DNA from: Botryllus schlosseri
Lineage: Eukaryota
Direction of reading: 5' to 3'
Assembly: GCA_051294905.1 (NCBI GenBank)
Contig: CM119371.1
Location: 8,124,001 to 8,188,000, forward strand
Length of the DNA stretch: 64,000 nucleotides
A program made the translations under genes and the position numbers. How positions within the stretch are numbered: position 1 is the first letter of the stretch; every line of letters begins with the position of its first letter. Positions 48,838 through 61,346 of this stretch are shown here, piece after piece. Below the pieces are notes generated by a model. It did no database searches. It saw only the letters and a program-made list of their open reading frames with translations, and had not been told where the DNA came from.

Positions 48838-50347
48838 GTGATGACAAAATCGGACCCTTCGACGTTTCGTGACCGAAATTTGTTATTTGGACTTGGACGC
48901 GACCTTTCTTAGAATTAGCCTACTCAGACTAGGGCAAACTCGATGGTAAAATGAGAATAACTCGAATGGCCCTGGAGTGATTGGGAATGCCGTGAATTTG
49001 TTAGAACCATGGACTCAACAAACAAACAGGGGAATATTAATAGATCAGAAGGTCGCAGCTTGGTATTTCGCTAACTAAGCAAGTAGTTATGGCAACCATT
49101 GGCAATCTGTTAGTTATATCTTTGGTTGCTAAATCATGTTATTAAGGCCACTTAAAGGTACCGAGTACCGTAATGGTACGCTCCAACGATGTAACGACAA
49201 TGTGCCGTTCGGTGTTCCCCCATTTCAATCACTAGGACACATTCAATAATATTTTTATATTATATTTATATTTTTCCGGTCCTATATTTGAAGATATTTG
49301 GCCATGAGATTAATAGCCTACTTATCAGAAGTATACCAGAATCCTGGATTGGAATTACAATGCTCAACTTAGATATGTTTTGATATCAGAGCAATCTCTA
49401 TTATCAATCTGTTGGATTCAAAATATTCATAGTAGCTGCAAAATTATAACGCGATAGCTTTTATGATGGCATCGTTCATTTGTCCGCCCATATGGTGTCT
49501 ATATTTTGATATCGTGTACAACTCAACAATTCTATTCAAATAGTTATAAATGTGATGATTCTATTCGCGCCAGGTCTAAATTGATACAAGAGTAAATCAC
49601 ATTTTGACGATGTGTGTTTACTGTCAGTTTGCTGGATAGGCTCACTTTCAATAGGACAATTTCTTCCCGCCAAATAAGGCCTACTTGGAAAGTCATAGAA
49701 TATCCCTAGGCCTTGTTATTTTTGGCATATGCCAAAACTGCCAAAAATAACTTATTTTTGGCATTTTTCGATTTTTATTTTTGGCAGTTTTGGCATCGTC
49801 CTCTGAATAGATAGTTTCAGCCTCGAATTAGTCACAAAAACGATTTATTTGGGCTAGTTTGTCAAAAGACACCACAACATGTGCAGCATCCACGTATAAT
49901 CAGTGCCAACAAACAATAATAATAAGAAAAAACCTAACGATATCATAGGGTAATAATATCAAACGAAACCACAAAATGTGCAGTATCCATGATTGTTACA
50001 GCTGTTGAATAGACTTAAATCGTTTGCACTGTAACAGTGCTTCCAGACTCAGGTCAGCTAAGTTTCTCCTAAATTCATTTCTCGCCTAGCGAATCTGGGA
50101 AATATCGGCTGCAACAGTAGTCGGTTTTCATAGCTTCAAAATCTTTGGAGGGCCGAACCGGCTTCCATGCATCATGAAAACAGATCACTTCGCCAGTGCC
50201 ATCGATCTCATCGCGGAAAGGATTTTCTTCCCGATGCTTTTCCAGGAGTTTACTGTGTTGTCTCTCAACACATTATATAGCTGGTTCGTGGTACAGAACT
50301 TGAATAGAGCTTTCAATACAACATCCATTGTAGCAGTATATTTATTA

Positions 50348-50384
50348 AACTCGAAGACTTTTCGGGTGCCTCTTTTCAAGAGTT
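50348..50384 (-). ncRNA. minimal type I hammerhead ribozyme (mirror copy in inverted pLTR)
   Basis: Exact reverse complement of 52040-52076. Confidence 0.65.
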
Positions 50385-50945
50385 ATCGGCACACTAAAGG
50401 GATTTAAGCAGATTTAAAAGCAAAACCAAAAAGGCAAAGTATGACGCAACAATCAAAATCACAGACCATGAAATTCGCATCGTATCAATGGCAACAATAA
50501 CAAACTACGAAGTATACGGACATACGGTACTATAGTAGCAGCACAATTTGTAAATAAACAATTACACGCACGGAACAACACGCACTAATGAGAAATTTGT
50601 AGGTTATAGAGGAAATCTTTCTGTCTGCATAAAATAGGTTTGCTCAACTGAATAATAGTAGACTCCAACACTTTTAAATGAAACACAGACCTACCACGCG
50701 CAATGACAGTGAACATATTGTCATCATAGTGCTGTGCACAGGCAAGGTTTTCGCTCAGATGCTGACCGATTGACGAAGCATATGCTTGGTAATCATCATA
50801 GCAGTCTGTTTTTGCAGCCAATTTGCACTGACGTGCGAGCTCCGTGCGATCATTTGCGCATGTTTTTGACCGAATCAATTTTGGGATATGCTGCTTAATA
50901 CGCTCAAACAATCTTTGAGATGTACGTCCTACATACCTACTATCA

Positions 50946-51839
50946 GGAAAGGAAACTGATGCTGCCCTTCCCTTTTTAGACGTCTTAGTAGAGAGATCAG
51001 GACAAACGTTTTTAACGTCGGTGTACAGAAAACCTACTTTCACTGGTCATTAAATTCGTTGGGATTCATTCTGCCCGAAGCGGCGTAAATTAAACCTCAT
51101 TTCATCTCTCGTTAATCGCGCCTTGCGCCTCTGCTCACCGGAAAAACTGTCACGCGAATTGGATGATATCCACTTGATTCTCTCCAAAAATGGCTATCCG
51201 GACCACATATTAAAATGCTCCATCTCTAGGGTATTGAAAAAATCGGATACAGCTCCAAAATATGGCCCAGAAAAATGCCCGGCATTTTTACACCTCCCTT
51301 GGCTAGGTAACGTGTCTAGCCGATTTGAAAAGCTTATTAAATCGGCTGTTCACCGTTGCTACTACAGCGTTAACACGCATGTAATGTACACGACGAAACG
51401 CTTGTTACCCAACTCTCGAAAAGATGTACTTCATGCCTTTGATGCAAGTAATGTTGTTTACCAATACAAGTGCCACTGTGATAGTAGGTATGTAGGACGT
51501 ACATCTCAAAGATTGTTTGAGCGTATTAAGCAGCATATCCCAAAATTGATTCGGTCAAAAACATGCGCAAATGATCGCACGGAGCTCGCACGTCAGTGCA
51601 AATTGGCTGCAAAAACAGACTGCTATGATGATTACCAAGCATGTGCTTCGTCAATCGGTCAGCATCTGAGCGAAAACCTTGCCTGTGCACAGCACTATGA
51701 TGACAATATGTTCACTGTCATTGCGCGTGGTAGGTCTGTGTTTCATTTAAAAGTGTTGGAGTCTACTATTATTCAGTTGAGCAAACCTATTTTATGCAGA
51801 CAGAAAGATTTCCTCTATAACCTGCAAATTTCTCATTAG
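50946..51839 (+). pseudogene. Penelope-like RT C-terminus plus GIY-YIG endonuclease, 5'-truncated, one in-frame stop
   Basis: The frame upstream of ORF 51123 reads ETDAALPFLDVLVERSGQTFLTSVYRKPTFTGH*IRWDSFCP (PLE RT motifs LPFLDV and VYRKPT; TAA at 51051). It continues to NVVYQYKCHCDSRYVGRTSQRLFERIKQH (GIY-YIG) and LKVLESTIIQLSKPILC. Confidence 0.92.
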
Positions 51840-52039
51840 TGCGTGTTGTTCCGTGCGTGTAATTGTTTATTTACAAATTGTGCTGCTACTATAGTACCGT
51901 ATGTCCGTATACTTCGTAGTTTGTTATTGTTGCCATTGATACGATGCAAATTTCATGGTCTGTGATTTTGATTGTTGCGTCATACTTTGCCTTTTTGGTT
52001 TTGCTTTTAAATCTGCTTAAATCCCTTTAGTGTGCCGAT

Positions 52040-52076
52040 AACTCTTGAAAAGAGGCACCCGAAAAGTCTTCGAGTT
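52040..52076 (+). ncRNA. minimal type I hammerhead ribozyme (U3-A8 variant) in the PLE 3' UTR
   Basis: AACTC-TTGAAAA-GAGGCACCC-GAAA-AGTCTT-C-GAGTT: stem I AACTC/GAGTT, core UUGAAAA...GAAA, short stem II, quasi-palindromic stem III, UC cleavage site. Immediately followed by AATAAA. Confidence 0.7.
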
Positions 52077-55000
52077 TAATAAATATGCTGCTACAATGGA
52101 TGTTGTACTGAAAGCTATAACACATTTTATTTAGTAGCCCGACTATCATTTCTCCTTCAGTCTACTGATATATTTTGAGAGGACTTTTGTCACTTCAGGT
52201 GGCTTTAAAATTACCAACTCGCATGGAAGAGGCCTGGGACGGTTAGCTTGTTTAAGAACATTGACGCAACAAGACTGTCTGGCATAACGAGACTATGCAG
52301 TTCATAAATAGCAAGACAGTTTGTTGCGTCACAATGTTCAACTAGATCAAATTGCACAAATCGTGGTTGATTTTGGGGGTTCCAGTTCCATGAGCAGAAT
52401 ATAATTTATATTTTAATAATCAGTACTGCGGCATCTTCGCATCGATACCCGTTTTATCAAATTTAGCGCTCGACAAGCCGGTCAAAAATGGTCGTAAAAT
52501 TGCCTTTGGACAAATAGAAAGTATGACATAAATCAAATGCAGTCAGCCGTCCAATCTCGCTGTGCCCACACCATTTAGGACACCATGCATTCACCCCTAA
52601 TGGGTGGGCTGGACCCAGATTAAGAAACCTGCCTTTCACAAACGCTCTTCTCGCTTGTAACGCGGTCCTGTTAACACAACACCATGAACGAAATACACTA
52701 TTTGGCAGGCCGTGTTATTTTTGGCATATGCCAAAAATTTCTTATTGTTGGCATTTTCAAATTTTTAATTTAGGCAGTTTTGTCATCTGGCTCCCGAAAT
52801 GCAAAAAAATAACACGGCCTGAATATCCCTATAAATGCTGCGGCTCGCGGCGTCGTCAAAACTGGAAAACTGACCCGCGAGCACATTTGAGTTCGAGACC
52901 TCTGGTCTACAACAACAACAACAACGCAGGCTATGTAAGTATATAGCTTTTGAATATCCCAATTCAAGGTTGGTATGGATGTAAAATAAAGAAATATTAC
53001 ATCGGTAACGTAAGGTAATGTATCTGCTCCACATTGCGTATTAGCCGTATCAAGATATCGTAATAGAGAGCCCATGGTCTACTTTGGGCGTACGACACAA
53101 TGGGGAGAGTGTTGCACGAAACCTTTTAAAAACAGCCTACAATAGGTTTTGGAGAGCTAAGAAGACTTTTTTAAACTAACTTCATGCAATTCCGACAGTG
53201 TAAATAGGCGACACTTGACAGTATAATAGAATCTTTGTCAAACAACAATTCGTCTCTTTCGATGGATACCATGCCAACGCAATCAAGTTATTGATCCTAA
53301 CAAGACTTCGCGAGCTTTGCACCTTTTGTACAAACTTTATTAGAACCTCCTAATACAGATATGAAGTAATAAATGAAGTTCCCAATATTACATTATAGTT
53401 GCATACATATGCCGTAATGAAATTTGTGGTTAATGTTCATTATTGATGGTTCAACGGTCCGCAACACTTGAGAAGTTATTCATTGTACATTTGGGTCAAA
53501 ATTTGTTTACATTTAATCACGCATCGAATTTTCCGAGTCCGGATTTCTAATCAACTATACCCGATTTTGAATAATGTACCTCCCTGATGCAATCTACCAG
53601 TTTCTACCAGAAAATTGCAGTCGCAAACGAGTGATATACTCAATAATATAATGTACATGCTCTCGTTACTAGAGGGCTTCGGATACTCGGCGGATGTTAT
53701 GTACAAGGGGGACGTGGGAAACCAATCGGTAAATTCTATCGGAAGCACCAGAGGGAGGTCTAGTTGATCAAATGGCAATGGCGACTTTGCGTTTAGACAT
53801 GAATAATATAGACACCATAGACCTATGGTTCTTAACAAGTATTTCAAGAACCACCAGGGGTCCTGCGAGCCGCTCTGGGGTTTTCTCCAGGAGTTGTAGA
53901 CCCAACAAAACTCCTAAAGATTGTGATGAGACGCCACCATTAGCTGCAGGCAATTCCGTACGATCAATAGCCGATTTTTGAATGTCGTGGTTTCAGGTCG
54001 TGTGCAGTGCCGTACACACAGGGGTTTAGTTGTAAAATCAAAACCTTTTTCTATGTCCAATATTTATTGAGGTGTCCTATGGAACACTAAGGATTCCCTC
54101 ATCCATTGTTAAGGGTTCTATGGAGGTCAATACGTAAACTTAACTCGTGCATATGATTTGGCATGATACGCTCGTCTCGGCCATCATTGGTTGCAGACAT
54201 TGAAGTCATATGACTATTCGATCTATGACTGTTGTGATAGTACGGAGTGTGCGTGATGGCGTTCGCAGGGGAGGGTGCCGAAATCGAAATCCAGTCTTTC
54301 TGAAATGCCAATTCTAGCTCGTATCCTTATATGCTCATTTGTAATTCAGCAATTCGTCACACGCATGCGTTTTGACCGAACAATACTGAACGGGTAACTG
54401 ACAGTAAACAGCAGATTGCAATGAATATTCCTCAATATTTATATGGAAATCAATATTTTATTGGCTTTGTTCTTTTAACACTCTGTTGATGCACGGTCCA
54501 TTTTGCGCACCAGCTGTCTATAGCAATGTTTTTGCTTTGTGACTCGGTGAAAATTAGAAGTTCCGCGAAAGTTTGCAGATTATCGTACGTGGATTAGTAA
54601 AGGAATCACTGACATAGTTGTAAAGTGCATTCTTACACGCCAATTTGAGTATCCTCGATAACCAAGCAACAGACTGGAATAGAGGACTATATTTCGAAGA
54701 ATGGAATGGCGGAGTTTGTCAGTAAGTAAGCTTACTTCCAGGAATGTAACCAAGTCACAAGGTGCCGTGTCGCAAGTCAATCTCACATTTATAGTTTTGA
54801 ATCGAGTCAAGTCGAGTCATTTTCAATTCACCATCGCGTCACGTCCGGGCCCAAGTCGTTACGTTCACTGTTCAGTTCCGGTCAATCCGGTTCAACACAC
54901 CTTTTCAACTCTGCACGAGTGATATAGAGTGGCTCGACTTTATAACATAGTAATTTTCCTCAGTTTCAACAGTTTCTGGCAATATCTTCAAGTATCAAGA

Positions 55001-55322
55001 CTGATGGACTAAACACCAATGATGTGGTAACTTTGCTATTCTTCGAAGTCAAGTCGAGTCATCAATAAATCGCGACTTGAGTCGGAATATAGACTCGGGT
55101 CATGGCTCTTGTCATTACAACCTTGCCTATACTTCTATTTTTTGCAGTGCTCAATTACGTCTTGCGTGCTAGGACTACTTACTCGAGTGGCTATGATTAG
55201 ATATCTAATCCACCATGTGACCATGCCCAATTTTGAAAAATATGCCGTCCCCAATGCGTCTTAGCTACCATAGAATTGCTGTAGAATGTGAGTAATAATC
55301 TTGGATGTGCATTTGTTATCAG

Positions 55323-55394
55323 AGGGCTTAGGAAACTCGATGGATGCTACGCACGAGAGGAACATGGAATATAAATCAGGAATTTACACCGGTG
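55323..55394 (+). CDS. candidate 72-nt phase 1-1 micro-exon of an unidentified gene
   Basis: TTTGTTATCAG| ... |GTGAGT; open as (E)GLGNSMDATHERNMEYKSGIYTG. Paralogous units at ~53673 and 55724. Confidence 0.4.
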
Positions 55395-55723
55395 GTGAGT
55401 ATGTGTTTCGATCTCAAAAGTATATAAACGTCATAGAGAGACAGTTGTTACTACACACCAGTATGGGAATCCTCAATAGCGACATGAAAGAGTTATATAA
55501 AGGACTATATTCTGAAGAATAGGACGGCGAAGGTGGTCACTATAACAAAGTACTTCTCGAGTGCTTTACTGGCTTGTAGGCCTACTACTTTCTCGAATGG
55601 CTGCGATTAGATATCTCATCTACTCTGCCAAATTTTGAATAATATACCTTCTCCAATGCGCCCTAGCTACCAGACAATTTCTGTCGACAATGAGTTAGAC
55701 TCAAAAATCTGCTTTTGTTACAG

Positions 55724-55786
55724 ACGGCTTCGAAATGCCGATGGAATGTTCCACCGGAAGCGACACACGGGGATCCAGTGGCTATG
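55724..55786 (+). CDS. candidate 63-nt phase 1-1 micro-exon, paralogue of 55323-55394
   Basis: CTTTTGTTACAG| ... |GTGTGT; open as (D)GFEMPMECSTGSDTRGSSGY. Flanking intron sequence is duplicated with the previous unit. Confidence 0.35.
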
Positions 55787-55965
55787 GTGTGTATGTGTTT
55801 CGAAATCAAAAGCTGGCTATAAAAACCAATGAGAGACGGTTGCTAGTTCACTTTCACACCAATTTGAGAATCCTCGATATCGAGATTGAAGATAACTACA
55901 TTTAAAATAATAAAGCCGCCATGATCATAGAGAACTTTTTCTTCTACTTATTAGAGTTTCTAGAT

Positions 55966-57175
55966 CAGAGGTCTCAAACTAAAATGTGGTCGCGGGTCAA
56001 TTTCCTACTTTTTGATTGCGCCGTGGCCGCGGCACCCATAATAGGGGGATTCAATGTATTTCCAAGTAGTCCTTATTTGACGAGACCTTGCAGACTGGCA
56101 TTCCACGCGCATCGTGAAAATGTTGTGAAACTATTGTGAATTCACGTCTGGCACGAAAAAAATCACATTTTAAAATATTTGAACAAAATTGTTGCTGTAC
56201 TTGGTATAGTAGTTGTATATTTAGCTGTCGACACCATGCGATAATATAAATGCGTCAGTACATCGTAAAAGCTGTCGCGTTAAAATTTTACAGCTGGCCG
56301 ACATTTGACGTGTCACAATTATAGGTACAATATTTTGGAATTTTAAAAAGATTGATCTGATATCAGATCATTGGAGGTTCGCAGCGGTACAGCCTAATCC
56401 GAGTTTTGAGCGTTACATTCGAATATTGAAACACATCTCTAACAACTTGAATATAATAATTACTGTGCCATAGCAATAGATATGTCCAATCGCCGAAGAA
56501 TCCATTTGTGTATTGGTGTTACAGCTGTGAAGCATATGCCACGACTACTTCATACTCGCCACATTTAATTGGCGATAATAACAAGGATAAAGATACCCAA
56601 GGGCCAATTGACACAGGATGTAACTAACTATACATCGAGAGGGCAAGACAATGCCAATGGTTGCCATACAGACTTGGTTAGATAAGTAAATAAGCTACGG
56701 AACACACGCCACGACCTTTTGATATATTACCATTCCCCATACCTGTTTGATAGTTTGTTGCGTCCGTGGTTGTACCAAGTCACGGCGTTCCGAGTCACAA
56801 TAAGGCCTTCTCTGATTGTAACGTTTGACGCGACGCAACTAGATTCGTTTTTATTTTATCACACATCGAGTACCAGTTAGATTAATTCTACAAACGGTCG
56901 CGCCCAAGTCCAAATCACAATTTTCAGTCACGAATCATCGCCGGGTCACGTTTTACCATCATAATTACAACTAATGTCACGTAATAGTTGACCTTCCACT
57001 GCATGGTAACTTTTGAAAGTGATATAATAGTTCAGTTTGATGAGTAGTTTCAGGCTTCTGGAGTAGTTTTAGAGCGAATTTCCAGTTCTCAAATAAAAAA
57101 AAGAATATTCGAAATCCAAAATGCCATCGCGGTCTGCACAAAATGGTCTCGCGGGCCGCGTGTTTGAGATCTCTG
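55966..57175 (+). mobile_element. intact Charlie-like non-autonomous hAT element, 1,210 bp
   Basis: TIRs CAGAGGTCTCAAAC / GTTTGAGATCTCTG; TSD TTCTAGAT / TTCTAGAC, fitting the NTCTAGAN target preference of Charlie elements. Confidence 0.9.
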
Positions 57176-60100
57176 TTCTAGACAAAACTAAGACTTCAAT
57201 ACTAAAATCTTTACTTGCTTAGAATTCGCTACTTGTGTCTGTGCTCGGATGGAAATATTATACGTGAATTATATTTCTAATTGAGTACCAACCATGCATA
57301 CGTCGATCAATGACCAGTATGACCACCTGTGCCTGTAAACCTAAGAAGATGTCACGATCAAGATTGTGTGGGATTCGTAAATGTAGTTCACTTGACTGGT
57401 TTGACTGGATCAGCTCATCTGCATATTGAAGCTATATATGATTATAGCGACTAAAACGGGTTCCTCTAAAATCGTAATAAGCTGGTTTTACATCCTTCGG
57501 GATATGCTATGTATACAAAGGTGGTCAGTAACGAGCTACTTCTACTTTAGCGAAGTATTCAAGTATATTTCTTCTGATTTCAGTACTTGTTCAAGTATAT
57601 CTAATATCCGTTACTCTAATTCGTAAAATTTTGTGACTTACTTAATATTCGTTATTTTCAATTTCTGAAGTATAATATGCGTCAAATGCGAAAGTTATAC
57701 AAAAGTTTAGCGGCTGCATTCACGCGGTACCAACAAAAAATTTATTTTCCAGAAAAGTTTGTTGAAGTCAAGAATTTCTATCGTTCTTCTTGAGACATCG
57801 ATAATGGAGTGTAAATACATTTTAACGAAAGTGTCAATCAATACAATTTACGTAGCGACAAGTTCTTTCGGTGGAAATGTTATCAAATGCATCCCATCAT
57901 ACGGTCAAATTGTTATGCTATGGATAAATTGATACAATCAGGGACGTAGCAGCACGAACCCAATTCTCAGCACCTCGTGTTCACTTCTCAACGACTTACT
58001 TCAGTAGATTTAATCCAACCAATTATGTTTACATATTGGCATGGTTTAAGGTTGCTTTAACCAACGGCACTGATTCTGCTGATGTTCAAGTAGATATTTG
58101 CTTCGCTTCTTCTACTTTTACTTGGAAATTTTCTTTAACTACTATGATAACATTTGCATATACCTCAATTGCACATTACCAATATAATAAGCACGCCTAC
58201 GTCGGCTCTCTCGTTCCAAAATCAATCACGGAGTTGCGAGCAGGGTTACATTGGGAAGGTGCATCGTAGCAATGATGAGTCGTTAAATAATAGGTGCTCA
58301 CGTTTGTACTCCTAAACAGCGGATTATTGGTTTTAAGATGGCGATGTGTCGGAATCGAGCACTGAAAACAAGAAGAGAGAAGATCTAAAGAAGCATGCAG
58401 TGCGTGAGTGCGCTTCTTTAGGGGAATTGTCGTCATGTTTATAATTTCAGTGGCAAAAAAAAAGAAATATCACTCCATTGTATGTCGTTCAGTGGTAGCC
58501 TACTTATAGTTTAATAACATTACTGCTGAAAACATGAAATTGTGATATGCTCACTTCATGAAATATTGTGTGGAGTTGCTTCACAATCGAATTCCAGATA
58601 TCTATAGTTGGAAATATTGATTTCTGCCATTATCGACTTGGCAAATAGTGCTACCCTATTATTGTTATGCGTAGCCTAGCAATATGATACTTATTGCTTG
58701 AAATCCTAGCAGATGGGAACGAAAAGGAGCATTAAATATACATCACCAAAATGCAAAAATCATCAGTAAAAGAGTACTTGCAATACGTTGTTTGTTTGTT
58801 CTAAACTACAACCAAATTTACCATTACATTGCATCGACAACCTCGTGTCAAAGGCAGGCCAACACAGGGTTCTTAGATGTGATATGAAGGTATCCCTGCA
58901 TGGCAATTAGCGTTCTTCGAATTTCATTCGGGCGCGTCACTGCTAGATGTGAATGAAGCTTGAATAATGTAAATCCACGTAGCAGCGGATCGCAATAGCA
59001 TGCAATATTGCTTATTCACGGGGTGTTCCAATATCGTACCCAAATAGCCGTTGAAACTGACATAGGTATGATTGTGCCGCGCAAGTTGAATCAGATATTC
59101 GATTTCGTGTGTGATATTTCGATTGCAGTGGATGAAGTCTAAGCCAAGTTTGGATCTGCATTATAATTCAATGTCCTGTAAATTCGTTCGCTCTGAGTAA
59201 AGATGGTCAGTAACGAGGCACTTCTATTTGTTCGTGGTGATGAATTAGGTTTTTGTCTATGCAAACTGAATGCGTATATGATAGATTCATCACATGTAGT
59301 GGCACGAGTCATCGCACGTTAGTCTGTATACTATGCGACCTGCCAATTTTTGTTAATTTTAGAAGTATGCGACCACGTGTCCACATTTACTTCTTGATAC
59401 TACTTGAGTAGTTTTTTCAACTTTGATGCTCTACTTCTGCTTCACATAATTTTGCGATGGTCCTGGAAACTTCTAGTCGCACTTGCAACTGAGTATAAAT
59501 CCACGGCGTAACAATTATTTCCGCTTGCGTATAGCAACGCTGACTATACTAAGGCCACCGTGATGTAAGTGGCATACAGGCGGTTCTATTATCTAAATCG
59601 TGGGGGGCTGTTCACAATTGCGGTAAAAAGATGGTCCGTATCTTGGGCGGTTGCAAATGCCATCCCATGTGTGAGGTGCCCAATAATGCTCATACTCGTA
59701 TATTCAGACAGACTGCCGGGAATAATGATGTTGCGGTGTGTAGCCTGGGAATGCACTGCGCGTCGATATGAACTGACGTTTTTGCTGTATTCAATTCTCA
59801 TTCACAATTTCACTCAATTTCCAAGTTTTTTTTTGCGAATTTGGTAATCCTAGTTGTAATCTAATTTGGAAAAAAATGTATAACTACAATTCTTATTCGG
59901 AGCTAATTCGCAAAAAGCGGTGTAGCTCTTAATTCTAATTCTAATCTAATTTGAAAAAAAATGTGTAGCTCTAATAATAATTCTAATCTTATTAGGAAAA
60001 GCTAAAAAATTTCTAGTTGTCCAAGTCTGCATTCCAGAGCAGTTAATTGTTAACGGTAATCGCGCATGTGTGTCCGTAAATATGTAGACTACCCTGTAAA

Positions 60101-60939
60101 TAAAGTTTAACAAATGCGTCTATTCCCCACCAGAAACCGTTGAATTCCCCACCGGTTGGGAACCACTGATTTAGAGTATGACAAAAAGATCTCGGAGGCT
60201 CCGCAATCATCTGCACCACGTTTGTCATCCGCACTGCAATTTCATTCATCCTGACAAGTGCGTACCATACGACAGGTCGAAAAGCATTGATGTATGCGAT
60301 ACAAGGTTCGATTTCGGCTATTGATTCAAAAAAATCTCAATTGAGACGATAGAAGTATGTGTAGACATAGCATACTCGCGATTATTAGGGTGGTCCCAGA
60401 TTAGGGGCGATTCCTAGCAAAAATAAAATGTCAAAAGTTTAAATCAGACTACAAGAATAAGACTGAACCTAACTTCAAGACAGCCTGCAACAGCTTGAAG
60501 TAACGAAGATGAACTTACAGCTAGAGTTTATATATTCGTCTTATTCACAGGCACTTCCCACTGCTGTGATGTCGGCGTTGCATAAATTGCATTTGATCAT
60601 TCATCTAATCATTCATCGACATCTACACACTGAAAGCTCCTGCAAACCTATTCAACGACAGAGACCGATGTCATGTCTTCGATTGCCCATTTGATTGGGA
60701 CGTAAAATCTTGTTTCATATTGATGCTATCGGTGTGGGAAAACACCTGGTTGTAATGACTCGAGTCGTGATTTTTTCTTTAAAATGAAAAATGACTCGAC
60801 TCGACTCGAGTAATTTGTGTGTTGACTCGACTTGTACTCGAGTCATTACGCATGATTCGGACCAAGTCATATGTACTCGAGTCTAGGTCTACCAAGACAG
60901 ACATTTTATTGTAATTTCGGATAATAGTAAAGTTATCAC

Positions 60940-61346
60940 CAGGGCAAGTTTTTGCAACTTTTGCAACTTTTTTACAGTTTCCGGCAGCTTTCTAAATACT
61001 CGTAAGATATGTAGAATGCTGTTTTAAGCTGTTTGAGGGAATCTTATGGTGCTACTTTTTGCAACTTTTGTCCATTTTTTTTCATGCAACTCTTTACAAC
61101 ATTTTGAAACTTTGTCGATTTTTCATAAAGTATTTTCGGTTTTGGTGAAATACACGGCCAAATTCGACTGAAACACCGTAAATCAGCACCGAAGTACGGG
61201 TATTTCGGGAGCTGAGCCGGTAAATTGACCTATTTTTTTAGTCAACCGAGCAAAATGTGGTCTTTTAGTGCAACTTTTGCAACTTTTCTCAAAAATAAAT
61301 AAATAAATGCAGCTTTCCGCGAATTCAACTGCAAAAACTTGCCCTA
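60940..61346. mobile_element. hAT-type MITE, 407 bp
   Basis: TIRs CAGGGCAAGTTTTTGCA / TGCAAAAACTTGCCCTA; perfect TSD GTTATCAC. Inserted in a GACTCGAGTC-rich repeat starting near 60750. Confidence 0.88.

Larger units (their letters stand above)
50308..52116 (+). mobile_element. 5'-truncated Penelope-like retroelement with inverted pseudo-LTR
   Basis: 638-bp inverted repeat 50308-50945 / 51479-52116 (about 5 substitutions seen) covering the GIY-YIG coding end and the 3' UTR. Confidence 0.9.
49707..52821. mobile_element. hAT-type element nested in 47725-52904, carrying the Penelope fragment
   Basis: TIRs TAGGCCTTGTTATTTTT / AAAAATAACACGGCCTG; perfect 8-bp TSD AATATCCC (49699-49706, 52822-52829). 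A second left-end copy begins at 52706. Confidence 0.8.
47725..52904 (-). mobile_element. Charlie-like non-autonomous hAT element (same family as 55966-57175), expanded by nested insertions
   Basis: TIRs CAGCGGTCTCAAAC / GTTCGAGACCTCTG; perfect 8-bp TSD GTCTACAA (47717-47724, 52905-52912). Body matches the reverse complement of 55966-57175. Confidence 0.88.

Noticed and set aside
50585..51043. 152-aa minus-strand GIY-YIG ORF as an independent gene
   Set aside because: It is the inverted pLTR copy of the endonuclease end fused to antisense RT sequence.
53560..53930. Several short stems with UUCG and GAAA tetraloop-like sequences and a faint 16S rRNA resemblance
   Set aside because: The paralogous units at 55.2-55.9 kb do not keep the pairings, and the rRNA similarity is limited to a few short words; probably chance.
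53551..58436. Possible minus-strand exons or pseudogene (strong acceptor near 58362, ORFs at 54099-54311 and 53551-53847)
   Set aside because: They could not be joined into a consistent frame or matched to a family by eye.
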